DNA from: Pseudomonadota bacterium
GTDB taxonomy: Bacteria > Pseudomonadota > Alphaproteobacteria > Rickettsiales > UBA3002
Reading direction: 5' to 3'
NCBI GenBank assembly: GCA_040384265.1
Contig: JAZKJM010000003.1
Coordinates: 15,919-79,918, forward strand
DNA: 64,000 nt
A program made the translations under genes and the position numbers. A model generated the notes under the pieces. That model saw only the letters and a program-made list of their open reading frames with translations. It was not told the DNA's origin and did not search any database. Every line of letters starts with the position of its first letter. Positions within the stretch are counted from its first letter, which is position 1. Shown here in pieces: positions 24,865 to 33,522 of this stretch.

Positions 24865-24915
24865 AACAAATTAACTATTTTTATGACAGTTTGATGACAA
24901 TTAAGTTAATTTGTT
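24865..24915. promoter_or_regulatory. Operator-like inverted repeat in the AT-rich region upstream of the 78-aa ORF
   Basis: AACAAATTAACT (24865-24876) and AGTTAATTTGTT (24904-24915) are perfect reverse complements. They flank TATGACAGTT/GATGACAATT direct half-repeats. The minus strand reads TTGTCA-N17-TAGTTA between the arms. Confidence 0.35.
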
Positions 24916-25141
24916 CACACATCTTCCTTACCCTCACTTTACGCAAATGGCCCCAAGGGCGCAATGGAAACCGCATAAAACGGCGCAATCTTCACGGAAC
25001 TGTCACAATTGCGGTGGGCTGCCCCGCCACCACCCCTTAAGCGAAATTACGCCGGGCAACGGCGGCGCGCGCTGAACCGTTGGCATTGCCAGCGCCCGCC
25101 GCCCGTGCTATGAAGCAATACCTTACCCAACCGGAGATACT

Positions 25142-25597
25142 ATGCGCTTCCTGACCACCCTACTCGCCATCTCCACCATGGCCAGCGCCGCCATGGCCCA
25201 ATCCGCCGCCATCGAGACCATCGGTATGGATGGGCGCGGCAAACCGGCCGCAGCAGCCGTCGCGCCGGCACCGGCCATCGGCGTGTTCATCAACCAGCAG
25301 GCCCCCCACGGCATCGTCGGCACCCCGGCCTACAGCTACGACCCCGTTACCCCGAAGAATGAAATCGGTTTCGACGCCAAAGTGAAGCGCGACCCAAGCG
25401 GTAAAATTATCGAGGACGGTAAAGCCGCCGCCGTGGCCGCGCCAAAAACCCAACTGCAGCGCAACGACAGCAAACTGCGCGGCGACGGGGCGTTGTTCAA
25501 GCCACCAGCAGCGCCCGCCGCACCGGCGAAGCCCGCCACCATCACCAACGCCGATTTGATGAAGCAGCTCAAGGCGCTCGAAAAGAATAAAGAGTAA
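25142..25597 (+). CDS. Secreted Ala/Pro-rich hypothetical protein (151 aa)
   Basis: GGAGA 6 nt upstream of the ATG. Signal peptide MRFLTTLLAISTMASAAMA|QS. Low-complexity AAPAAPAKP tracts. Confidence 0.55.
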   Translation: MRFLTTLLAISTMASAAMAQSAAIETIGMDGRGKPAAAAVAPAPAIGVFINQQAPHGIVGTPAYSYDPVTPKNEIGFDAKVKRDPSGKIIEDGKAAAVAAPKTQLQRNDSKLRGDGALFKPPAAPAAPAKPATITNADLMKQLKALEKNKE

Positions 25598-25609
25598 GCG
25601 CGCGAGCTT

Positions 25610-25755
25610 TAGACACTGTTAACAAAGTGGTTTATATGCGGCAGGTGCTAGGAGTTTTTGCACGCAAGGAGGGAGTGTAGCAGCGCTACATGACCGACTG
25701 AGTACAAAAAGGACAACGCAACTGACCATAGAAACCACTTTGTTAACAGTGTCTA
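25610..25755. repeat. 146-bp element with perfect 24-bp terminal inverted repeats (MITE-like or long structured RNA/terminator)
   Basis: TAGACACTGTTAACAAAGTGGTTT (25610-25633) and its exact reverse complement (25732-25755) flank a 98-bp core. The core contains the small hairpin TGTAGC-AGC-GCTACA. The element fills the gap between two convergent genes, and its right arm overlaps the tldD stop codon. Confidence 0.7.
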
Positions 25756-27189
25756 GGACGCCAACTCCGTCCCGCCCACTGTCATGCCGGAAATGAGCAG
25801 GCTCGGCTGACCCACGCCCACCGGCACGGATTGCCCCGCTTTACCGCAAGTGCCAATGCCCGGATCAAGCGCCATATCATTGCCAATCGCGGTGATGCGC
25901 CCCATGATCTCGGGCCCCGAGCCAATCAGCGTTGCACCCTTAATGGGATAGGAAATCTTACCATCCTCGATCATGTAGGCCTCGGTGGCGTTGAACACGA
26001 ATTTGCCGGATGTGATATCCACCTGCCCACCACCGAGATAGGCCGCGTAAATCCCGCGTTTCACGCCCGCGATCATCTCCGCCTTGGAGCTAGTGCCGCC
26101 AAGCATGAAGGTATTCGTCATCCGCGGCATCGGCGCATGGGCGTAGCTTTCGCGCCGCCCGCTGCCGGTGGCCGCCACCCCCATCAGCCGCGCATTCATG
26201 CGGTCCTGCAGGTAGCCTTTGAGGATGCCGTCCTCGATCAGCACGTTGCGCTGGGTGGGGGTGCCTTCGTCATCAATGCTCAGCGAGCCGCGCCGATCCT
26301 GGAAGGTGCCGTCATCCACCACCGTCACGCCGCGCGCCGCCACCTGCTCCCCAATGCGGCCAGCGAAGGTGCTGCTGCCCTTGCGGTTGAAATCACCCTC
26401 CAGCCCGTGGCCCACGGCTTCGTGCAGTAACACGCCGCACCAGCCCGCGCCCAGCACCACCGGCAGCTCACCCGCCGGGGCGGGACGCGCTTCAAGGTTC
26501 ACCAGCGCCTGCCGCAACGCCTCATCCGCCACCGGCTGCCAGCCGGCGGGGTTGGTGAGGGCATCATACATAAACCGGCCACCCGCGCCCGAGGAGCCGG
26601 ATTCCATTTTGCCGTCCTTGCCGACCACTACCTGAATGCTCAGCCGCACTAAGGGCCGCACATCCGTCGCCGCGCGGCCATCCGCACGCAGGATATGCAC
26701 CATCTGCCAGGTCGCCGCCAACGTCGCCGAGACCTGTTTGACCAGCGGATTCTTCCCCCGGCAATAGGCGTCGATTTCCTGAAGCACCGCCAGTTTCGCT
26801 TCAAACGGCACCGCCGCCAGCGGGTTATCGCCGGTATAGAACTGGTGGTTCGCGCCGAAGGCCGGTTCCAGCTTCGCATGCACGCCCGGTTGCCCGGCAT
26901 CCACCGCGCGCACCGTCTGCGCTGCCCGCTGCAGCGCTGCATCGGAAAGCTCGGCGCTATGCGCATAAGCAGTGGTTTCGCCCTTCACCGCGCGCAGGCC
27001 GAAGCCCTGCGACGTGTCGCCGCTGGCCTGTTTCAGCCGCCCGTCATCGAACAGATACGACTCGCTCGCCCGCTGTTCGAGATACAGCTCGCCATCATCC
27101 GCGCCATGCAGCGCGTCCTCCAGCACCCGAATGCTGCGGGCGCGGTCAAGCAAGCCGGTGGAGAAAAACGGGTCGGGGGTCGCGGTCAT
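25753..27189 (-). CDS. tldD: Metalloprotease TldD
   Basis: 478 aa. HEAVGHGLEGD zinc-binding motif. Family-typical C-terminus (GMTVGG). Confidence 0.93.
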   Translation of the reverse strand: MTATPDPFFSTGLLDRARSIRVLEDALHGADDGELYLEQRASESYLFDDGRLKQASGDTSQGFGLRAVKGETTAYAHSAELSDAALQRAAQTVRAVDAGQPGVHAKLEPAFGANHQFYTGDNPLAAVPFEAKLAVLQEIDAYCRGKNPLVKQVSATLAATWQMVHILRADGRAATDVRPLVRLSIQVVVGKDGKMESGSSGAGGRFMYDALTNPAGWQPVADEALRQALVNLEARPAPAGELPVVLGAGWCGVLLHEAVGHGLEGDFNRKGSSTFAGRIGEQVAARGVTVVDDGTFQDRRGSLSIDDEGTPTQRNVLIEDGILKGYLQDRMNARLMGVAATGSGRRESYAHAPMPRMTNTFMLGGTSSKAEMIAGVKRGIYAAYLGGGQVDITSGKFVFNATEAYMIEDGKISYPIKGATLIGSGPEIMGRITAIGNDMALDPGIGTCGKAGQSVPVGVGQPSLLISGMTVGGTELAS

Positions 27190-27263
27190 GGGATATTCCT
27201 AAAGGGTGATGATTTTTTCGATCCTGTCATAATTCTGTCATGAAGTCGCGTTAATCTATCGTC

Positions 27264-27794
27264 ATGGAAAAGCGCCCACCCGAAGCCAATGCCCCCCACG
27301 AGCAGCTGCTGCGCACCAGCGTCTTTGGTGTCGCGCTGGTTGCAGGCGTCGGCTCGGCAGTCGTCAAAGTGTGGGACATGTTCTACGACAACATGAAAGA
27401 GCGCGGCCCTATCGCCGAGCTACGCACCGCGCGTAAGAACGAAATGAACGACGTGCTCGTCAAGGCCCAAACCACGCCCCTTAGCCGCAGCGGCTTTGTC
27501 GAGAAAACCGCCGCCATCGAGCGTCGCTTCGGAACAAAATTTAATAGCTTCGTGAAAGACACCCTTGGCATCGAGAGCGAAGGCCTTGGCATGATCAAAG
27601 GCACCGCCCAACGTTTCAGCGCGCTGGGGCCCTACACTCAAAGAAAGATTGTCTTTGGCACCGTGTTCTCCACGGCCGTCACCGTTGGCGGCTATATGCT
27701 GCTCAACCAGAATGCCGACATGAAACAGGCCCTGCGCCGCAACCATGAAGCCCTGGCCAAACAAACCGCCGCCCAGGATACTGGGCGCGCTTAG
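27264..27794 (+). CDS. Hypothetical membrane protein (176 aa), apparent paralogue of 60319-60870
   Basis: Two predicted TM segments (VFGVALVAGVGSAVV; VFGTVFSTAVTVGGYMLL). The segment FVKDTLGIESEGLGMIKGTAQRFSALGPYTQRKIVFGTVFSTAVTVGGYMLLNQN aligns with LLKDFDIPTHGIAGWTIGTVKRVKELGINGRIQSVVGFATVGAITLGSVNVLRNS. Confidence 0.55.
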   Translation: MEKRPPEANAPHEQLLRTSVFGVALVAGVGSAVVKVWDMFYDNMKERGPIAELRTARKNEMNDVLVKAQTTPLSRSGFVEKTAAIERRFGTKFNSFVKDTLGIESEGLGMIKGTAQRFSALGPYTQRKIVFGTVFSTAVTVGGYMLLNQNADMKQALRRNHEALAKQTAAQDTGRA

Positions 27795-27903
27795 CGCAGC
27801 AACCTGTCGCCATCGGCCCCAATCTTTCCGTTCATCATGAATCACTTGCATCGGCGCGGTCAATCCGCTACGCGAAACCAAACCACCTAGGCAATGTTGG
27901 ATC

Positions 27904-28896
27904 ATGACACACACCCCCTCTTCGTTCCTGCGCACTCTTTGCTTCACCCTGCTGGCCGCCATCGTGCTGAGCCTGCCGCTGCACGCGACCGCGCAGGAAG
28001 CCGCCCCTGCTGACGCCCCGGCCGCCACCGCCACCACGCAAGCCAAGCCCGCTGAAAAGCCGCTGACCGACAGCGAGAAAAAAGAGGCGATCGACGCCGC
28101 GGATGCCATCACCACCTTCGACCCGGCCAAACAAGTGGGTTACGCCAAACCATGGCAGATGTATTACCAGCCCGCCTCTTCGCCCGTCATGAAACAGGTG
28201 GAGCCGCTGCATGATGCGGTGCTTTATATTATCACCGCGATCGTCCTTCTCGTGCTGGGGCTGCTGATTTACATCTGCCTCAAATTCAACAAGCGCGCCA
28301 ATCCCAAGCCGCAGACCTTCACCCACAACAAAACCATCGAGATCATCTGGACGGTGGTGCCGATCCTGATCCTCGTCGGCATCGCCATCCCGTCGCTGCG
28401 CATCCACTACAAGGCGTACAATAACGAGACCATCATCAGCAACCCGGACCTGACGATCAAGGTCGTCGGCCATCAATGGTACTGGTCGTATGAATATCCC
28501 GAGCAGGGCATCGCGTTTGATTCCAACCTCACCGCCGACAAAGACCTGCGCCAGGACGAGCCGCGCCTGCTGAGCGTCGATAACGCGGTCGTGGTGCCGG
28601 TCAACAAGGTCGTGCGCGTCCAGCTCACCGCGGCGGATGTGATGCATGCCTGGGCACTGCCTGCCTTTGGCGTCAAAAAAGGCGCCATCCCCGGCCGCCT
28701 GAACGAGACCTGGTTCAAGGCCGAAAAAGAAGGCATCTATTACGGCCAATGCTCGATCCTGTGTGGCAAGCAGCACGGCTTCATGCCCATCAAAATCATC
28801 GTCGTCAATGACGAGCAATTCGCCGCCTGGGTCAAGGGCGCCAAGTTGAAATTCGCTTCCAATGACGCGCTGCAATTCGCCGCGCTCACCCACTAA
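27904..28896 (+). CDS. ctaC: Cytochrome c oxidase (aa3-type) subunit II
   Basis: Signal peptide plus two TM helices. [10 protein letters not shown]. CuA site HAWALPAFG...[13 protein letters not shown]. Confidence 0.95.
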   Translation: MTHTPSSFLRTLCFTLLAAIVLSLPLHATAQEAAPADAPAATATTQAKPAEKPLTDSEKKEAIDAADAITTFDPAKQVGYAKPWQMYYQPASSPVMKQVEPLHDAVLYIITAIVLLVLGLLIYICLKFNKRANPKPQTFTHNKTIEIIWTVVPILILVGIAIPSLRIHYKAYNNETIISNPDLTIKVVGHQWYWSYEYPEQGIAFDSNLTADKDLRQDEPRLLSVDNAVVVPVNKVVRVQLTAADVMHAWALPAFGVKKGAIPGRLNETWFKAEKEGIYYGQCSILCGKQHGFMPIKIIVVNDEQFAAWVKGAKLKFASNDALQFAALTH

Positions 28897-28910
28897 AACG
28901 AGAGACTCCC

Positions 28911-30554
28911 ATGGCCCACGCAGCAGCCCACGACACCCACCACGACGATCACGGCACCCCGAAAGGCTGGCGCCGCTGGGTCTATTCGACCAACCACAAG
29001 GATATCGGTATCCTGTACCTGTTTTACGCCTGCTTCGCGGGCCTGCTCGGTGCGGCCGCCTCCATCGTCATGCGCATGGAACTGCAATATCCGGGCGATC
29101 AAATCTTTGGCGGCAACTACCAGCTCTATAACGTATTCCTGACCGCGCACGCCTTCCTGATGGTGTTCTTCCTCATCATGCCGGCGCTCATCGGCGGTTT
29201 CGGCAATTATTTCGTGCCCCTCATGATCGGCGCGCCCGACATGGCCTTCCCGCGCATGAACAACATCTCCTTCTGGCTGCTGATTCCGTCGATCGGCCTG
29301 CTGGTCGCCAGCTCGTTGGTCGGCACCGGGGAAGCCCGCGGCGTCGGGTTAGGGTGGACCGTGCAAACACCGCTTTCCGTGGTCGATGGCCTGCATAAAG
29401 GCATGGCGGTGGATCTGGCGATCTTCTCGCTCCACCTTGCCGGTATCAGCTCAATCCTCGGCGCAATCAACTTCATCGTCACCATTTTCAACATGCGCGC
29501 ACCGGGGATGACCCTGTTCAAAATGCCGCTGTTTGCGTGGTCGATCCTTATCACCGCTTTCCTGCTGCTGCTGTCGCTGCCGGTGCTTGGCGGCGCCATC
29601 ACCATGCTGCTGACCGACCGCAATCTCGGCACCAACTTCTTCAACCCGGCCGGCGGCGGCGATCCGCTGCTGTTCGACCACCTGTTCTGGTTCTTCGGCC
29701 ATCCGGAAGTCTATGTGCTCATCCTGCCCGCCTTCGGCATCGTGTCCGAAGTCGTCGCCACCTTCTCGCGCAAGCCGATCTTCGGTTATCTCGGCATGGT
29801 CGCGGCGATGAGCTGCATCGGCGTGCTCGGCTTCGTCGTCTGGGCACACCATATGTTCATCGTCGGCCTATCGCCCGATACCGAGGCGTATTTCATGATC
29901 GCCACCATGGTCATCGCGGTGCCGACCGGCATCAAGGTCTTCTCGTGGATCGCCACCATGTGGGGCGGCTCGCTCACCTTTGAAACGCCGATGGTGTTTG
30001 CGCTGGGCTTCATCTTCCTGTTCACCATGGGTGGCGTCACCGGCGTCATGCTCGCCAACTCGGCGATCGATCTGACTTTCAACAACACCTATTACGTCAT
30101 CGCCCACTTCCATTATGCGATGAGCCTGGGCGCGCTGTTTGGCGTGTTCACCGCCTTCTATTACTGGGTGCCGAAAATGTCGGGCTACATGTATAGCGAG
30201 TGGATGGGCAAGGCGCATTTCTGGCTGTTCTTCGTCGGCACCAACCTGACCTTCTTCCCGCAGCATTTCCTCGGCATGGCCGGCATGCCGCGCCGCATTC
30301 CGGATTATCCAGCCGTGTATGCGGGCTGGAATTACTGGTCGTCCATCGGCTCGTATATCGGCTTTGGCGCGGCGCTGTGGTTCCTCGTCGTGGTTGCTGA
30401 AATGTTCATCCGCAAGCGCCCGGCGAAAGCCAACCCATGGGGTGAAGGCGCGACCACGCTGGAATGGACGCTGAGCTCCCCGCCACCGTTCCACACCTTC
30501 GAAACCCAGCCGGACTACACCAAGGTAACGAGCGCCTATCCGAGCCATCACTAA
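28911..30554 (+). CDS. ctaD: Cytochrome c oxidase subunit I
   Basis: 547 aa, 12-TM haem-copper oxidase core. [21 protein letters not shown], and YYVIAHFHY. Confidence 0.97.
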   Translation: MAHAAAHDTHHDDHGTPKGWRRWVYSTNHKDIGILYLFYACFAGLLGAAASIVMRMELQYPGDQIFGGNYQLYNVFLTAHAFLMVFFLIMPALIGGFGNYFVPLMIGAPDMAFPRMNNISFWLLIPSIGLLVASSLVGTGEARGVGLGWTVQTPLSVVDGLHKGMAVDLAIFSLHLAGISSILGAINFIVTIFNMRAPGMTLFKMPLFAWSILITAFLLLLSLPVLGGAITMLLTDRNLGTNFFNPAGGGDPLLFDHLFWFFGHPEVYVLILPAFGIVSEVVATFSRKPIFGYLGMVAAMSCIGVLGFVVWAHHMFIVGLSPDTEAYFMIATMVIAVPTGIKVFSWIATMWGGSLTFETPMVFALGFIFLFTMGGVTGVMLANSAIDLTFNNTYYVIAHFHYAMSLGALFGVFTAFYYWVPKMSGYMYSEWMGKAHFWLFFVGTNLTFFPQHFLGMAGMPRRIPDYPAVYAGWNYWSSIGSYIGFGAALWFLVVVAEMFIRKRPAKANPWGEGATTLEWTLSSPPPFHTFETQPDYTKVTSAYPSHH

Positions 30555-30772
30555 TGGCCGGTTGGCTGGCACTCCTACTGATGCTCTTTGTATTTGTCGG
30601 TCTGCCAATCTTGCTTACCCTGCTGTTAGCCCGCATCCGCTGGAAGCGGAAGCTTGTTGCGGCAAAAGTCTTCGGCCACCAACTGGATACGCCCGCGCGG
30701 GAATATTTTAAGAGTCTGTTCTGGTGTATCGCCGGTTTGGCCTTGGTACTTTTTTACATATATAGCCGTTAG
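30554..30772 (+). CDS. Small two-TM membrane protein (72 aa), apparently translationally coupled to ctaD
   Basis: The ATG overlaps the ctaD stop (TAATG). [26 protein letters not shown] plus a second hydrophobic helix (FWCIAGLALVLFYIY). No family recognised. Confidence 0.4.
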   Translation: MAGWLALLLMLFVFVGLPILLTLLLARIRWKRKLVAAKVFGHQLDTPAREYFKSLFWCIAGLALVLFYIYSR

Positions 30773-30834
30773 CATAGCCGCAAGAGCACCCCACATCACT
30801 TGCACTGCGTGCATGAACGGTCTAAACACGCCCT

Positions 30835-31740
30835 ATGAGCCAAACTACCACCCTCCCGGGCGACCGCCCCGAATCCTCCTTGCACGACTACTGGACGCTG
30901 CTTAAGCCCGGCGTCATGTCGCTGGTCGTCTTCACCGGTGCGGCGGGGTTGTGGATGGCGCCGGGCCACCTGCACCCCTTCCTGCAGCTCATCACCATCC
31001 TATGCATCGCACTGGGTTCGGGCGCGGGTGCCGCGCTCAACATGTGGTATGACCGCGACATCGACGCCATCATGACCCGCACGCAAAAACGCCCCATCCC
31101 CGCCGGGCGCATCGCGGCGGATGATGTGCTGGCGCTCGGCCTCATGCTTGCGGTCGCCGCCGTTGCCATGCTCGGCCTTGCCGTCAGCGTCGCCGCCGCC
31201 TGCTGGCTGGCCTTCGCCATCTTCTTCTATGCCGTCATCTACACCATGCTACTCAAGCGCCACACACCGCAGAACATCGTCATCGGCGGGCTGGCGGGGG
31301 CATTTCCCGCCCTCATCGGCTGGGTGGCTGCGTCGCCGGAGCCTGCGGTCATGCCGTGGCTGATGGTTGCCATCGTGTTTTTCTGGACGCCGCCACATTT
31401 TTGGGCACTGGCACTTTATCGCCACAGTGACTATGCGCTCGCCAACATCCCCATGCTGCCCGTCACCGCCGGAATCCCAGCAACCAAGCGGCATATCCTT
31501 GTTTATACGCTGATCCTCATCGCCGTTTCGCTGACCCCCCTCTTGGTCGGCGCGGGCGCACTTTACGGCATCGGCACGGGCCTGCTCGGGGCCAACTTCC
31601 TGCGCCTTGCCATCGTCGTGCTGCGCTCGCAAAACCCGCGCGATGCCATGCGTTTGTTCGGTTTTTCGATCCTTTACCTGTTCATCCTGTTCGCCCTGCT
31701 GCTGCTCGACCGTGCAACTCAAGGCTTTTCAATCATTTAA
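30835..31740 (+). CDS. ctaB: Protohaem IX farnesyltransferase (haem O synthase)
   Basis: UbiA-type motif NMWYDRDIDAIMTRTQKRPIPAG. Multi-TM. Located in the cta cluster. Confidence 0.93.
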   Translation: MSQTTTLPGDRPESSLHDYWTLLKPGVMSLVVFTGAAGLWMAPGHLHPFLQLITILCIALGSGAGAALNMWYDRDIDAIMTRTQKRPIPAGRIAADDVLALGLMLAVAAVAMLGLAVSVAAACWLAFAIFFYAVIYTMLLKRHTPQNIVIGGLAGAFPALIGWVAASPEPAVMPWLMVAIVFFWTPPHFWALALYRHSDYALANIPMLPVTAGIPATKRHILVYTLILIAVSLTPLLVGAGALYGIGTGLLGANFLRLAIVVLRSQNPRDAMRLFGFSILYLFILFALLLLDRATQGFSII

Positions 31741-31788
31741 AACTATTATAACTTCCCTTCCATCAACTTTATTACAAGGAGCTTTCGC

Positions 31789-31971
31789 ATGGATTCCAAG
31801 ACCGCAACCGCCGCCCACCAAGCCACCGAACTTGCCACCACCGCGCAGGCTGAGGCCATTTTCGCTAGCGAAAACATCATCTACCTGATGGGCCTGAGCT
31901 TCATTCTGGGCAGCCTGTTCACGATCTTCGTGCTCATCGTGCTCGACTTCATGCGCCGCAACAAACAATAA
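31789..31971 (+). CDS. Small single-TM protein (60 aa) between ctaB and ctaG
   Basis: C-terminal TM IIYLMGLSFILGSLFTIFVLIVL followed by RRNKQ. Position is analogous to small ORFs in other alphaproteobacterial cta/cox clusters. Confidence 0.4.
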   Translation: MDSKTATAAHQATELATTAQAEAIFASENIIYLMGLSFILGSLFTIFVLIVLDFMRRNKQ

Positions 31972-31973
31972 GC

Positions 31974-32093
31974 ATGGCCCGCAGCGAAACACACACACGC
32001 AAACGCAGCAAAAACCTGTTCGCGTTCATCGTGCTGATGCTGTTCGTGATGGGCCTCTACTATCTGACGATGATAAAAATGGGTGGAGCCTAG
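31974..32093 (+). CDS. Very small single-TM protein (39 aa), not in the supplied ORF track
   Basis: ATG 2 nt after the previous stop. MARSETHTRKRSKNLFAFIVLMLFVMGLYYLTMIKMGGA (basic N-terminus plus one TM). The stop is embedded in the terminator hairpin that follows. Confidence 0.35.
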   Translation: MARSETHTRKRSKNLFAFIVLMLFVMGLYYLTMIKMGGA

Positions 32094-32116
32094 CGCATAG
32101 CGCTAGGCTTTTCTCG
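32087..32116 (+). terminator. Rho-independent terminator closing the ctaCDB-small-ORF unit
   Basis: AGCCTAGCG (32087-32095), loop CATAG, CGCTAGGCT (32101-32109), then TTTTCTCGTT. Confidence 0.55.
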
Positions 32117-32192
32117 TTGGCCACCATGCCATCCGCTGCCGATGGCCACCGCAGACTTCCTGCAGACGGTTACAAACCAAGGAACACGGCTA

Positions 32193-33392
32193 TTAAAGAT
32201 CACGCTGCTTCGGTATCGTGGCGGCCACCGATGGGGTGCTCTGTGCGACGATTTCTTCGAGTACAACCAGTTGACCGGGTTGGCGTGCCTTCAGATCCTC
32301 CCGTTTGACAAAATCCAACGCCCGCCTATACACCGCTTTGTCTGAAAAATGCTCCACCAAAGCCGGTGCTGCAGGCACGGGCGGTGCTGCAGGCACAGGC
32401 GCGGGCACCGCTGCTGCGACCACTGCAAGCGGGGTTGGCGTCACCGCCTCAATCGTTATCCCCTTGGTTTTCTCGTCGCTGATGAATTTATCCAACGTGA
32501 TCGCCGGTTCGGTTTTGATCGCCGCTTTCAAGTGGCCATACTGCTCCTGGGTGAGCTGGGCATACTTCCCTTGATTAAATTTCACAAAATCTTCCGGTTT
32601 GTCCCAGCTGCTCGCCTGCATGTCCCTGAATTCATTCACATTGGCCGCAAAGCCGACTTTAAGCTCGTCGTTTTTGCCTTTATCCATCTGCTGCATCACC
32701 AAGACGGGACCGCTATAGGCCGTACCGCTTTTGATCGACTCGTAAATTTTGGGCGTCAGATAAATATCCAGCTTGTCACCATCACCGACCGTCACCCCAT
32801 CCACACCGCCATAGGCCGCTTTTAGCGGCTTGGTGATCACCCCGTTGCTCACCACGCGCGTTTGGCCGGGGAGCGTTTCAACGGCAATCTTCTCGGCACC
32901 GTTCTGAATGGTTTGCTGATCGGCAAACCCGGTGAGCCCCACTTTTTTGGCTGCCACCCACTCTTCGATGGGCTTCAACGTCTTGATTCCGCCCGCTGTT
33001 TCAACGCTTTGCAAATACCCCGATAATTCCTTGGGTTCGAGCGGATATCCTATCGTTTTCTCCCCAGACTTACCCGTAATGACCACATCCGGGCGCGCCA
33101 TAACGAGCTTTTCCTTTTCTGCAATTTTTTCGTACATGATAAGCACGGCCCCAAGCTTCTTGGCCTGGCCCTGATCCAACGGATCCACCCCATGTTTCGG
33201 CACATCCTTGCGCTGCCCATCCGTCGCGTAATAAATAAGCGCCTCTTGCGCGCTCATGCCATTATAAGGCGCTTTGTAAGCCTCTAATGTGGGCGCATCC
33301 GGCTTTCTCCCCTTGAATTCCGTCTCAAACGCCGCCCGCACGACCAGCTCTTGATTCAGTGGTTCCTTAAAACCAAACAACGCATTAGCCAT
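32193..33392 (-). CDS. Hypothetical protein (399 aa) with a family-I inorganic-pyrophosphatase-like segment and a Pro/Ala linker
   Basis: GGAG 5 nt upstream of ATG 33392. YGGVDGVTVGDGDKLDIYLTPK...GPVLVMQQMDKGKNDELKVGF aligns by eye with the E. coli PPase segment [22 protein letters not shown]...RPVGVLKMTDEAGEDAKLVAV. DGDKLDI is at nt 32763-32783. The PAPVPAAPPVPAAP linker is followed by a tail of about 55 aa. Sampled lines give 48-53% G+C. Confidence 0.6.
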   Translation of the reverse strand: MANALFGFKEPLNQELVVRAAFETEFKGRKPDAPTLEAYKAPYNGMSAQEALIYYATDGQRKDVPKHGVDPLDQGQAKKLGAVLIMYEKIAEKEKLVMARPDVVITGKSGEKTIGYPLEPKELSGYLQSVETAGGIKTLKPIEEWVAAKKVGLTGFADQQTIQNGAEKIAVETLPGQTRVVSNGVITKPLKAAYGGVDGVTVGDGDKLDIYLTPKIYESIKSGTAYSGPVLVMQQMDKGKNDELKVGFAANVNEFRDMQASSWDKPEDFVKFNQGKYAQLTQEQYGHLKAAIKTEPAITLDKFISDEKTKGITIEAVTPTPLAVVAAAVPAPVPAAPPVPAAPALVEHFSDKAVYRRALDFVKREDLKARQPGQLVVLEEIVAQSTPSVAATIPKQRDL

Positions 33393-33522
33393 AAACACTC
33401 CCCGTACGATGCTCTTGTTGATGGGCCATCATACTATCGCATGCGTTAATAATGTATGAATGTTTCGTGACAATGATGTACTTACTGTTTGCGTTTTGCT
33501 GCGTCCCCTCTAGGTTCGCGCC

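Noticed and set aside
24863-25749. Recurrence of GTTAACAAA (24863, 25618, reverse complement at 25741) as a shared regulator-binding motif
   Set aside because: The motif is short and AT-rich, contains the GTTAAC palindrome, and three occurrences within 900 bp of AT-rich DNA could be chance. It is mentioned under the relevant findings but not called as a feature.
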